Part shown: positions 14,236 through 27,789 of the stretch, piece by piece | Position numbering within the stretch: position 1 is the first letter of the stretch | How the letters are laid out: each line of letters starts with the position of its first letter | Origin: Intoshia linei | Lineage: Eukaryota; Animalia; Orthonectida | Reading direction: 5' to 3' | Length of the DNA: 64,000 bases | NCBI GenBank assembly: GCA_001642005.1 | Contig: LWCA01000015.1 | Coordinates: 1-64,000 of the forward strand | Program-made: the position numbers and the translations under genes | Notes under the pieces: model-generated | Told to the model about the DNA's origin: nothing | Seen by the model: only the letters and a program-made list of their open reading frames with translations | The model's database searches: none

Positions 14236-15138
14236 CAGGCTAATTCCTCGTTAACGGCATAATTGGTCCTGAAAAAAAATCTCATTCCGTTAAGCAGGAA
14301 TTGTTTATAAATTATCTATACATTAAAATAGTAATTCCCGATTGGATTCAAAATTATATGCCTGAGGGTTCGTGGGATTCAAATAAAATATAGAAAAATT
14401 TTGGTCAACTTTTATATGTTTTTATAGGATTTTTTTAATATTTATTACAGAGTTTCTAGATGTTGATTATCTCAAAGCCTAAACAACCGCTAAATTATTA
14501 TTTCAAAAATCCCACTTTTATCCCGACATTAATAATAATAATATTATAATATAACTATATAATATTAATAATAATTCCAATATTATTAACGCCTAATATC
14601 CTCTTTTTCCAATATTTTTTAGAAAAATTCGATTTACTAACTCTTATGAGCAACATTTTTCCTAATCCAAAGCCAAAGATAAAATAAAAATAAAAGTTTA
14701 CCAACCCTCAATAAAAAATCCAATGATGAAAAACCTTTAATTTTTTCATCAATGTTTTATATTTCATGTTTCCCTTGGGGTTCAAAATAATAAATATTTT
14801 TAAATGGGGTAGGTATACTATTTAAACCGGAAACCACTGTATTAAAAAAATGAAAAAATTTTGATTCTCATTCCACTTAACCTATATTTGCAGGTCATTT
14901 CATTCATATAATGAATAATCAATCATTATTATCATCATTAATCAAGCAAAAAATATAAGATTTTACGTACATGTATCTTAATATTTTAATTTGAACTAAA
15001 ACAGCTTAAAAATAATTATGATGCTAGTCATTTTAAGTTTTAATTTAACAGAATGTTTGCACTTTAGAAAAATTCACAATCCGTTAATCAGGATTTTTTT
15101 TCGTTAACGAGGAATTCCGTTAAATAGGAATTGGCCTG
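14236..15138. mobile_element. pogo/Tc1-mariner-type MITE with TA target sites
   Basis: TA-caggctaattcctcgttaacgg at the left end and ccgttaaataggaattggcctg-TA at the right end. Confidence 0.8.
14329..14839 (-). mobile_element. hAT (Charlie-like) MITE with internal 29-33-bp repeats
   Basis: Ends are tagtaattcccgatt and ccggaaaccactg. The 8-bp TSD is cattaaaa/tattaaaa. Confidence 0.8.
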
Positions 15139-15329
15139 TATAATTTTTTTTCTATATAAACTGAAAATTATTTTTATCAGTCCTTAGGGAAATAATTTAC
15201 ATATTAATGCAACATTAGTCATATTTTAATAATTTCATATTTAGATAATTATAGATGGAAAAAATTCAAATTTAATTATCGACATGTGTTGAGCACCACA
15301 AAACTTATTTAGATTGAAAGGGTTAAATA

Positions 15330-16298
15330 TCTTAACTTATATAATATTATAATATGCTACGCTATTTTTGTTTGTGTGTGTGTCCAGCTTTATTTAAATA
15401 ACTATCCGTCAAATAATAAAACGGTAGAGTATCCATTTTCATTATTAGATACCTTTGTGAAAAAATTTAAAACGATATCTTTTATACTGGAACTGAATAA
15501 CATGTCAGCTAAAATAAAAATGAAATTAATGCAAAAAATTATGTACTTGAAGATCAAAAATTAAATATATCGATATGAAAAAATAAAAAAAATGATTTAT
15601 TTAACCTACTAGCTTGACTGTTATATACTTAAAACAAAAGCATCCTAGTATATTCATTATAACCACATGACCAGTTTTTTAAAAATGATTATGATATTGT
15701 TGTCAATCTTCAATTAAAATTGTAATTAAAATTTTGTTATATTTCAAAAAACCAATTAATTGATTTTATTTTCAATAATTGTATCAATTAATTGCAATTA
15801 AATTGGTTGCAATCAATTAATTCCAATACCTGCATACATATATGTAATTGGTATTTTAAAATATTTATTAAATTGGTACTGAATATATTTCATCACATTA
15901 AAAATGACAAAATAGGTTTGTATAATTTTATTTTTTCTGGAATTTATGCTATTTATGACAATTTTTAGGATTGGACTGTTTTTACTTTATTTTTAATATT
16001 ATACACACATTCTGTCTAATAAATTAAAAAAATGGGATAACAATTGTTTTTAAAATTCTTTACGCAAATGTTCACAAAAAAAATTAAAATGGAATAATTC
16101 ACTTTAAAGTAAAAAGTAATGTGATATGATGGTTCCACCTGCCACAAATTTTGGAACCACTCCTTTTAAGAATTGATAATAGTGAATAGTAGGATTTTTA
16201 AATTAGATTTTCAACGTGATTTTATTTTTTAAGTATAATAAAAATGTGCCTTCGGCAAAGCTAGGTCCTTGTACGTAGTACATAACAGTCAACCTAGT
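15330..16298 (+). mobile_element. Helitron-like non-autonomous element(s)
   Basis: The 5' end a|TC..cttatataat..atgctacgc..tttgtttgtgtgtg is shared with 25402, 58001 and 59120. The 3' end has a hairpin gtgccttcggca + aagCTAG, then ...gtacgtagtacataacagtcaacCTAG|t, also seen at 54060-54087. Confidence 0.6.
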
Positions 16299-18899
16299 AT
16301 AAATATAAAATAAAAAAAATGAAGTTTCGAATTTATTAGACGTCTTACTCAAACCCATACACGGACCCGTAACGGAGACTTGTACAATGAAACTAATGAA
16401 CGGAGAAAGCGTGACCCTGGCTACCTAAGCCAAACATAACTCCGCCTACAAACAAGTTTAATAAAAATGTAGATTGAATGCCAAGCCACAAAAAAATAGC
16501 TGTCCATCCCGATGTAGGTTGTACGTGTGATGAAATATGTCCACATGTTATACAATGTAGAATCATCATTTCCCTTGTAATCTATTTGATTTAAATTATC
16601 ATAAATTATATTTGTAACACAATTTAAATGCTTAAAGAAATTGGAGAATTACATATGTTTAGTTACCACGCCCATTAATAAGAGCATATTTACTTTGAAT
16701 GTTTGCATAAATTGACCCGTATAAAGTTGGTAAGTTACTTTTACTTAATATATTTAATTTGAATGTGTAATTGAAAATTGCAATTCATCAAAACAAGATT
16801 AACAGCGAGTTCTTGACAAGTGGAGCAATGTTAAAATGTTTTGTAAAAGTCTAGCTATTGAAAGATCAATGTTAGTAGCAAAAACCTATATAATTTTTTA
16901 ATAAAATTTCACATCAGTATTTTGTCTATCAAGTAAAATATAGTCAAGTAATTATGGATGACCAAGTTTGAAGGTAATATTTTATTGTTTATCTTGTGCA
17001 ATTTTTATCAATTAAAATTAATAATATGAGAATTTTGGTTATTAATGTATTACTTTAGTCAAATTGTCAAAAAGTTACATGTTTAATAATCAGTTATGAT
17101 GATTGAAATTGTATTTTTTTATCAAATTGACAAATACAAATTTATAATATTTCAAATATCAGAATGTAGTGAACCTTTTGTAATTTCGTTTTACAAAATA
17201 TATTCTCATTATATTAGTGTAATGCTCTAGTACGGCTCCAGTCTGGTTGAAACAAATATTTGTTAATTTTTAGATACTTTTTTTATTTTATAAAGTTTAT
17301 CCGACTTACCCTCAGTTTATTAAGTTTGTACGGTCCCACCATTCATATTTTAACAGATTTAAACCTTAATTAGTGTTTATTATCAATTACACCAAATTTG
17401 GTTTAAAAATGAATATCGTTAAATTAAAATATCTGCAACATATTTGTATCGATTAATTAAAAATTGATTTGAGTACAAATACACCAAGTCAAGGTGTATT
17501 CGCATCATATAAATATATACTATATTTACACCGTAATTAAAATATAATTGGAGTAGTATTTAAAAATAAATACAGAGCTTAGACTGATCAATACTACGTT
17601 GTGAATTTTTAATATTGCCCAAATCGCGTAAGTAAAATCAATGATTAACATTATTTTTGTGTACTTTTGTGTATAATTGGGTTTGATAAAAAGAGATGGT
17701 TCCGTTTCAATTTTCCATAAAGTTGACGTGTGCGAAAGAGTTATTTGTAAAAAACTATTCGATAAATAGTCTCAAATTACCAATTTTAATCTGGTCTCTG
17801 GCAAAATATACTACTATCAATAGTATGTGCGTAAATTAAATAATCATTTGAATAAAATTGTATATTCCATGAATCCATTTCACATTATAAATTGATTTGT
17901 GGTAACTTAATTAAAATTTTATTGGCACTAATTTATTTTAATATTCTTAGAAAGTAAATAATTATTTTTCATCCAATTGGGAACATGAATTACGCAGAAA
18001 TAACCAAATTAAAATTATTCTCAAAATCAAATGGAAACCGATAATATTAATCGGGTATGCCCATCGATAATAAAAGTTAAATAGAGTGACGTAACTTGGA
18101 CAAAAATATTGATTAAATATTAAACATTTAAACATTATAATTTATTGATCATGGTAATATCAATTACCTATACTCGTGCATAGAGGTGAGGGAATTGTTT
18201 TACATTTTAATATCGGTACCCTGTATGTTGAATATTCTCAATTTCAAAATTTTGGAAAAAATGTAACATTTATTTATATAGTGTCATAAATTAAGGTAAC
18301 ATGTATTGCGTTGCATTTCAACAAGAAGCCCAAGTGTCATTTTAGAATCTTTACAGCAGAACTACCATTGTAAATGTTCATTTTTTTAATATTTTCATGT
18401 ACAATATACATTTATACAATATATATTTGATTTAGATTAATTATTATTTTAATAAATTTTGAATAGTATATTTAAATTAATTAGTATGTCATCTATTTCT
18501 ATTGCTTGATTTGTTCGAATCAAAGTATAATATTTTATGTTTTAATACTTTTTTTAATGTTTTTAATTGTCTGTATTGAATAATAACATACTACAAACAT
18601 TGACTTATGTAAATCATGGGTAGGCAACTTTTGCGTTTCGTGAGCCACTTTTTTATATCAAAAAATTATACTGACCCGTCTTTGAAAATTTACACTGATA
18701 CATTTCAATTTTAACTGAAAAGAAACGGTTCTAGTATATTCAACAAAATAATATCCAGGCGATGTGAAAATTCAGAATTAAAATGATTATAATTAACCAA
18801 TTACACAGAAAACTTTTTCGACCTTTTTATCGACTTTCTCATAAATTTTATTATGAAATTGAAGGGGTTGATCATTAATTAATAATGTGAAAATTGCAG

Positions 18900-19760
18900 A
18901 AACATAGGTCGCGTAGTTACCAAAATAATCTACTGTACCGAGATCCCTTTTCGGAGCTCGACGAAATTTTTGTAAAATGTGGGGCATTTTTTCAAATTGA
19001 GCATTAAAAAAATTATATTCTTATATATCATCACTATTCTATACAGAGCCTCGCCTAACAAGCTGGAGACCACACGAAAATGAAAAATAAACGCTAAAAA
19101 AATTAAAAAAACGATTCGTAGTATCATATAGCCCAAGGGTTATCAACCTTTTTAAACCAACGCCCCCTATTCCACCATAATTCAAAAATGTATATGTCAG
19201 CGCTTCTAGGATAAAATTAACTATAATTTTTATAAAATCAATAATAATGGAAAAAAAAGGTAAATATTTATTTATTTTTATTTATTTCCACGTGATTATT
19301 TTACTCAATATTTGTTTACAAAACCGAATTCACTTTCAATCTGGTAAAATGTTAGATAACACAATAATATCCTTGACATTTCAAAATACATCAGTGGATA
19401 AAATATTTTGAAGGCTCACATCCCATAATGCAAAATACATAAGGGTCAATTTTTTTTGTCAACAATATCAAAAATAATATATTTCATATTTTTAATAATA
19501 TTGGTTGTAGCGCCCTCTCAATTATGAAAACGCCCCTGGGAACGCTAACGCCCACTTTGAGAACTCCTGAGATAGTCCTTAGACACCTCCATAAGTTGAG
19601 TTCTCTTAAATTAAAATTTTAATTTTAAACACAAAATCGTGTTGTTATTCAATAATATAATTTTTTGAATACTCAATTTGGTAAAATGAGGCCATTTTGC
19701 AAAAATTTCGTCGAGTCGCCGAAGAGGAGTCTCTGTGCGGCAGTTTCTGCACTGATTCTA
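18900..19760. mobile_element. Foldback-like element with ~110-bp inverted arms and a nested hAT MITE (19134-19569)
   Basis: 18920-19020 (ctcgacgaaatttttgtaaaatg...aaattgagcattaaaaaaattatatt) is the imperfect reverse complement of 19650-19750. The inner element runs caagggttatcaacc ... ctttgagaactcctg. Confidence 0.65.
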
Positions 19761-21254
19761 TGTGTTAAATTTAAAATATCAACTCTGGATTCTTGGAGAT
19801 GTTGATAGGGCTAAGTGACACTACGCAGTGTTCGAAATTTTTTTAGGGACTATTTTTCATTTACAGTGGTGGTTTCAAGCAAAACAAGTTCTTGTCTGAT
19901 TAAATCGATTCAAAATTTTAAGATGGGCGATATCCGTGCAACAATTACATTTTTTTCGTATAAGGGTAATTGTTCATAAGATTGAGAATGCATAGTATAT
20001 ATTAGGGCGGTCATTCCCGATTGGGGTTCAAAACTATATTTCTTGGGGTCCGTGAGACTTAAATAAAATGTAAAAAAAAATCCAATCCAATTTAATTTAA
20101 TTTAATTTTTTTCATAAAACGTTTTTATTTTATATTTATTGGTTCTGTAGCCTTTCAATATTAACTAGGGTTTGTAGGGACCAATTTTATGTATATATTT
20201 CCATTTGATGCTGAATTAATAACTGACTGTGGCCGCCTCTATCAATTTAACATTTATTTTAAATATGCAGTACATTAAATTTGTTGCGAAATCAAATTAG
20301 CAAACTGATATATGAGTCATAAATCGGTATAACACTACTATCTGACAGAATCAATCAATGGTACATAGTTTTTTCATTATTTTTTGTTTTTAAATGATAG
20401 ATAACATTGTATGTTGGCTAATTATCAATTACATTTCATTATGATAATCAATACCTCTGACCCACATTAGCACGTTTATACACAATTTATCATGTTTATA
20501 TGAAAAAAAATATATAACACATTTTCACGGATTTATATTCACTTTTTCATATTTTTTTGGTAGTGAGTATAAAATTCCACGGTTGCAATGTAATTGCTTG
20601 TGATTTAAAGAACAAAAACAAATTATTTTATTTGTTTGAAAATCTATTATATCAAATTTTTGCCAACTAGAATAGCAACTTAATACAAAATAATTTAATT
20701 GGGCTGCAATTGTTCCTATTTAACTTGTGACGGTATTCAAATCTGAATGTCAATATATTTGGATAGTTAATTAAACTTGGGACTCTTATATACTCAAAAT
20801 AATAGGCGTACAATAGATACAAAATATTCCTTGAAAAGAAATGGTAAAAGTTTACTTTGTCTTGAATGTGAAAAATGGTAGATATAACTAAGCTCACACA
20901 ATGAATTGTGTTTACATATAACAGAATTAGCCTAATTTACCTATAATCCTGTGCAACTGAAATTTAAAAAATTTAAACATTTATCCGTATTTATATTTTG
21001 TTGGACCTATAAATCAATAAATCCAATGATGACTCACATGAGGTTACACTTATGATTAACAATTAGCTTGACTACTTATTTAATTAATTGTTTAATTTTG
21101 GTTTAATGTAACCAATCGATAACATGACATTTTCAACGTGCTTATTATTCCACATTGATAATACAACATAATTTGTTTACACAAATAACGCACAATATTT
21201 AGGTGATATGAAAAGTTTTTCTCAAAAAACTTGTACAATTACAAAATTAACAAG

Positions 21255-24200
21255 ATGAGCAAATTAGTAGTTCTTAATAATTCAAATGCGTGCCATTGCC
21301 TCGGACGCACCCGAAAAAAGAAACGGATTGATATTTTCAACCTTATCAATTCTTATAAGCCATTCAGAGACATAGTCAATTGCGTCTTTTTAAAGATATT
21401 TACATTTACATGTTCAGTTCTCTTTTTGATGGTTATATTGTCAACTAACAAGTACATATCTATGAATTATAATTCAATCCAAAACCAAAAGTTTCCTCAA
21501 TCAAATTTCAGAGGTAATAGTTAAGTTTAATTATACAATGTAATTGTAGCGCTATGTATTCATTATAACAGTTAATTTGAGGTGTCAAGTTCGTTTTTAA
21601 ATTATATTCATGGGTTGATATTTGATCTTTAACTATATAATTTTCTATAATGACTTTATAATAATATGTGACACGTCCCACATAACAATATGACGGCAAA
21701 AAATTGGTTTTTTTTTTTCAATAAAAAACAAACAGTAGTATTTTTTATTTCATCGTATTTATAGATTTATCATTCATTGCATATTGCCATAATATGTTTA
21801 AATATATTTTAACAATATTTTAGCAATATAGTTTTACCAAGTAATGAATTTAGTCTTGTTTTTCAGAATATAAACAATCAATATAATTTATAAAATTAAG
21901 GTCGCCTTTGTTATTTTCTGATTGAGTATTTTTTATTCGAGTATAAAACTAATTGTCACGTTTCAATATCAATTCTGTGCATTACAATGCATATCATTTT
22001 TCTTTTTTTGAAAAAAATTTTATTAATGGTGGGATTATAATTAGTTAGTGTAATTTTTAAATAATGAGCGATCGTCTAGGCTTTATGATAAATTGACAAC
22101 ATCTGGCAACTCTGTAATCAATATTAATAAATCAAAACTAAAAAAGTTTAATTTATTGTTAAAAAAGTTATGTATTTTAGAGATTTAATAGACATTTTTA
22201 TAATTATAATTTCTATAATTATAGATCATTAAAATAAATAATAAAAATTAAAAAAAATTACATTCAACTGCCGGTGTACTAGTGACTAATGCGCCGAGTT
22301 GCACCATTTGGGAAGCACTACCATAATGAGACTTTCCCTCTGATAATTTATAATTTAAGTACTCACAGTTTAGTAATGCGTCAAAATGTTTTTAAATTCT
22401 CACCGGGCCACAAGAATGGAAAGGTTTAGAAGTGCTGGTTTAAATATATGCATGATATAAAACTGTGACCACCAAAGTATTATCTTCGGGTGAAATCTGA
22501 ATTTAGCCTACCCGCAATCTTTTTAAAAATTTTTTATTATACATTATTTTCATATTAAACATTACATAATAAAAAAATAGACATTAAAAATACTGATATC
22601 ATCATTGACTATAATTTTACATGAGAAATATAATTCTTGCCATTTAACTTAAGATTTACCATATTTAAATCATTACAAAGGTATTACTTAATTACTAATA
22701 TAATATTAATTATTAATATCCTATATTAATAAACAATTTTTAAACAAACATTTGTTTTGTTGTATTTGGTCAGCGAATCGTAACGTATGGGGCCAGATTC
22801 AGAATAACAATTCTTTCAATATACTTATTTTTTTTAAATGTATAATATTTTGTAGAAATTCATCATCAAAGTCGTTTATTATTGCAAGTGAATGCTACGA
22901 CTACTATACCTCCTGTTCACATAAATGTTATTAATACATGTGAACTGGAAAAAAATAATTATTATGGTCTGTGGATTTGCATCTACATTGTCATAATAAT
23001 GACTACGTTCATAGGTAAAATTAAAAATTTCACAATTAAACAATTCTGTTTTCAGCTATTGCAATAATTTGCGATGATTTCTTTGTTCCATCTCTCGATG
23101 CAATATCTGAAAAAATGAATCTATCTGAAGACGTTGCCGGAGCTACATTTATGGCAGCTGGGTCGTCTGCACCTGAACTTTTTACCTCGATAGTTGGAGT
23201 AACGTATGAAACAGACGTTGGCGTCGGCACCATAGTGGGGTAATTTATTTATATTGTTAAAGTGATAAACTATTTAGATCTGCTTTATTCAATATTTTTG
23301 TAATTATTGCATTTACTGGTTTATTGTCGAGAGAAGTAAACATAATATATAAATATAAAAATATACTTTTAGCTGCTTTGCTTAGATTGGAAACCTTTAG
23401 CCCGAGACGCCTTTTTTTACTCATTATCTATTATTTTCTATATAATTTTCAGTTTGGACGGTTATTTTTACCACTATGAGTCTGTCTGTCTTCTTTTATT
23501 ATATGTAATATACATAATAATGATGGTATTCAATCCCAGACTAATGACTTGCCTAGGAAAAATAACATCAAAGTACTATATTTATGAGCTAATTGATTTT
23601 TCCATTTAGAACAAAAAAATCTGTTACACCCGGTAACGAAAAAGATGAAAATTTTCAACTTAAAAATAAAGATGAAAAGTCTGATTCGACGCAAAAAGGA
23701 ATCATAAAACGGGTAAATAAATATTTAATACAATTGGAAAATTATACTTGATAGTTTTCTATGGGACCAGGTGGACATGCTAGACGTTTGTCAATAATTT
23801 CTCAAAAATCAGATGGCTATGAGAAAAAGAATAGTCAATCAAAATTAAATTCTGTGGTTACATTGGTATTGTTATATAAAATTTAGTAAATAAAACGCAT
23901 AACTATTTTAGAAGTCTTCTAAAACTATAACAGCCCTCCAATCTGGTGTACGAATTGAACCTTTAGGAGAAGAAAGCGAGGTAAATTTTAAAAATTAATA
24001 ATGGCAATTCCAACATAAAATTAGGAAATTAGCGTCATTGAGAATGGAGAAGATTATGATGTCAAATTTTCCAAAGACAATGATATAAATGAAAATAACC
24101 AGGAAAAGAACATTGAAGTTGATCAAGAAGTTGAAGGATCACACTCTGAAGAAGAAGGATTACAGTTGTATTGCTGCAATTGTTGTCCAAGAGTTCGAAC

Positions 24201-27200
24201 AGAAATCCCACTTTCCACAAAAGTGCGTAACGAGGGTGGTGTCTTGAATTGGTTAAAGTTTATCTTGAGGTGGTTTATTTTTATTGAAGCCTTTCCATTC
24301 GTTGTTTTATATTCATGGACAATTCCTGATTGTGAGAATGAAAAATACAAGTTAATTAATATCGCATAATATTCATTTATATTTAGGAAATATTTTTTGG
24401 TTAGTTTTATCGTTTCAGTATTTTGGATCGCTGTCATCAGTTTTGCAATGGTGACCGCTGTAACTCGATTAGGTTGTATTTTATCTATAGACGAGTATAC
24501 AATGGGTCTTGTATTTATAGCCGTGGGAACAAGCGTTCCGGTATAATCTTTATATCGTCCATTAAACAAATTGTTTAGGATGCCATGAGTTCAATACTCG
24601 TAGCCCGTGAAGGGTTTGGAGACATGGCTGTATCAAATGCTATTGGGTCCAACGTTTTTGACATCAATCTTGGATTAGGCCTGCCATTCTTAATTAAAAT
24701 ACTTACTGATCTAGGAGCACCTATTGATATGCTTACTTCTCAAGAAAGGGTAATACTTTTTAACCTAATCTAAAAGTAGTAATCCAAAACTTTAGACTAG
24801 TCATGCCAAAAGACGTTTTCGTGTTAAAAATATACATTATAAAAATTTAATTTAATAAGAAAAATAGATTTCATGAGTTAACAAGGTTTACGCGTATGAT
24901 TAAATTTACAAGCTTTATTACATGGACCCTGTTCATTCCATTGAAAAAATTGATGAAAAATGTTACTCATTTTCTCTAATATAGGCAAGAAATGTAGCTT
25001 TTGCTTCAACTGGAGGGCTGAGTAACAATTTTTTTATTAGAAAACACCATAAAATAATTTAATATTTTAATCTCACAATGCCTACACCACATTTTATTTG
25101 GTTACCATCCCTGGTTTAGATTAAACTAAAATTTAGACCATGGTTAGTCAACCGGGGAGGTTGCGAGAAATTTAAATTATATATATATTTCAAAAAAATT
25201 TTTTTTCAATTTTTTATAATTTACAAAATTTATGTACAGTGGTTGTCGATGTAAATCACAACTTTTTTTAAATTAAAATCAAATTTCAGTTTGATAGTTA
25301 TAAATGGAAAAATATAATATTTTTTTGTAAAGAACTGAGAAGATATTGACTAAAGTTAAGTGATCCGTTAAGTCTCAACGGACTTCTATTTCGATTTAAC
25401 ATATAAAATATAATATGCTACGCAATATTTGTTTGTGTTCTACTTTATTGAAATAACGATTATCTTAGAATTTTATAAAATCCACATTTCAATTACAGTT
25501 TTTTCCGGGACATATAATAAGATAAATTTCAACCTCCCACTCACATCTTACGAGTCAAAAACCCCAATTGTCCTTATTTTGAAAATCAAACAATAAAATA
25601 TAAAACTGTTTGTTAGTCTGTTATGATTTATTTCAATAAATAAGTGTCTTAGAGTTTTAAAAAATCCATATTTCAGTTAGTTTTTTCGGATGGTAAAATT
25701 AACACAAATTTAAATCCCACAAAATTACATCTTACAGGTCAAAAACCTTAATTAATTTTTTTTTTAAATCAAACGAATCCTAGAATTTAAAAAATATACT
25801 CTCTGATACAGATTTTAAAATTATGAACGCTTGTCATAAATTTAAATCTCAAAAAATTATATCTTCAGGGCCAAAACCACAAATGACCCTTTTTTTAAAA
25901 AATAAAAATAGTCCCAAAATTTTAAACTAACTAAAAATTTACAGTTCATACATTATCTACTGATATTACATAAATAAAATTTTGATTTCACAAAATGACG
26001 TCTTGACAGTCTAAATAGCACTTTTATAATCAAAATATGTCTTAGACGTGAATACAGAATTATATACTAAATTTATATCTTCGTAACCACCTAACTCACG
26101 GCTCGGCAACCTTTTGCATCTCGTAGGCCAAATTTTTATATCAAAAAATTTTACGGGTCCCGTTTCTGAAAATTTACACATGATACATTTCAATTTTTTA
26201 ATTATTGAGAAACGATTGTAGTATATAGTTGCCGACCCATGACCTAACTCATTATAACTAACCTATTATTACAAATTAATAACAACGGCAAGAAAAGAGG
26301 GTTTTTATGGAATTTTTAAACCATATTTTCAAGGAAAATTATTTACTGTTAATTTAAATTATCGTTTCAAAATTTAAAAATAAAAAATTGTATTCACGTT
26401 TGGGAACCATTACTTTAAAATATTGTTTATAGTGAAAAAGTGTACAAGTTTATGTAAGATTTTATTTTTTGGCACAATTATAAAAGTCTGCAATCGGCAG
26501 AACTAGGTGCTGTTTATCATTATAAAACCTGTAAAACAGTTTTATCAAACAAATAAGAATCAATCTATGTAAAATTCAAAATGACTAAATATAGATAAAT
26601 ATTAATAATGGTAAATAGCGAAATAAACACAACAGTTAAGATCCTATATTCTGGCCTTTATTTGATACATTAAACCGAAATAGAAGTGCTATTTAATAAT
26701 TGCATCATATTCGTTGATTTTGAAATGACATTGATGCAATCAGATCAGAACTATCATTCTGGACCCTTGCAAATCAAAAATCTGACTTAAGAAATTTTTC
26801 GGAAATGAGGCGTAATACTTTATACCCCTAGCCACCACTCCACGGATCTAGACTTGACGGTTTATATTTGACACACAAAATAGTTTCGATATAATTATAA
26901 AAATATAATTTTTAAATGCTCATTTTGGAAGGATGAGGCTCAATTTTACCAAAATTTCGTTAATACCTAAGAGAAATCTCGTGTACGATAGGCTCGGCTG
27001 TAAATACATATATAAATTTTATCTCTAAAGATCTAGAATCTATTTATAATGACTATAATTGCGGAAACATCATTAACTTTATTTTATCTGTAACTAATTT
27101 AAACCTGATAAAATCTTTTATGAATCCTAAAAAACTTATGTGGACCCCTTTAATAATGTTTTGTGTATATTACTTTGTCATGTATTATTCAAAAACTCAT

Positions 27201-27692
27201 AATAACAAGCAATATGAACGTTTAATAGTTTTTATTTAAAAAAATTACATTATGTTAACAAGGGTGTTAGTATGGGGAAAATTTCATATTAACGGAAATG
27301 CTAAGGACTTAGACTGTATTAGTGTACATTTTTAACTCGGTCTGTTGGCCAGTTATTATGACCCATTTAGAGGCCTAACAAAGGCCTCTAAACTTCTGTA
27401 CGTTTTAATAATTTTTTGATTATAAAAAACAACATAATCCTCGACTATATACTGTGTTAATAATTTTTTTTAGGCAGATTACGTAAGAGGAATATTACCA
27501 ATCCTCCCCCATGTAAAATTTGGACTAATACTTTTGCTGCTACTTTTAGTTACATTGGCAATCTTCATAATCAACCGATTTGTACTTTCAAAAACATTAT
27601 CATTCATATTCCTGGTAATCTATGTTCTATTCCTCATATACGCATTCATTCAAGAAATATACTGCAGACGCACACTTGGCATATACTGCTAA
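21255..27692 (+). CDS. K+-dependent Na+/Ca2+ exchanger (NCKX, SLC24 family), ~12 exons; first exon tentative
   Basis: Alpha-1 repeat [35 protein letters not shown]; alpha-2 repeat [24 protein letters not shown] (NCKX-type Asp present). The last exon, 27474-27692, ends ...LGIYC*. Confidence 0.93.
25402..26100 (+). mobile_element. Helitron-like repeat copy in the last NCKX intron
   Basis: Same head (ataatatgctacgcaatatttgtttgtgt) and internal sub-repeats (cacatcttac.ggtcaaaaaccccaattgtcc) as 58001 and 48046. Confidence 0.65.
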
Positions 27693-27789
27693 CAAAATCA
27701 TATCGGTAGTATGAACCAAAACATGTATTAATATCAAAATTACCAATTCAAAATTTATTATATTACAATATCCGCTTAATTAAATATAC

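Larger units (their letters stand above)
14162..15322. mobile_element. piggyBac-like non-autonomous element (outer layer of a nest)
   Basis: TTAA-CCCTTCCAC at 14158 and TGAAAGGG-TTAA at 15315-15326. The TIR resembles that of the MITE at 44342-44481. Confidence 0.5.

Noticed and set aside
16655-16990. Minus-strand frames that open up if TGA=Trp (possible NUMT)
   Set aside because: TAA/TAG stops still interrupt the frames and no mitochondrial protein motif is recognisable. This is expected by chance in AT-rich DNA.
24123-24569. 148-aa minus-strand ORF
   Set aside because: Antisense shadow of NCKX exons. The same applies to ORFs at 6598, 7123, 23036, 40993, 41224, 45054, 45570 and 50786 over their respective genes.
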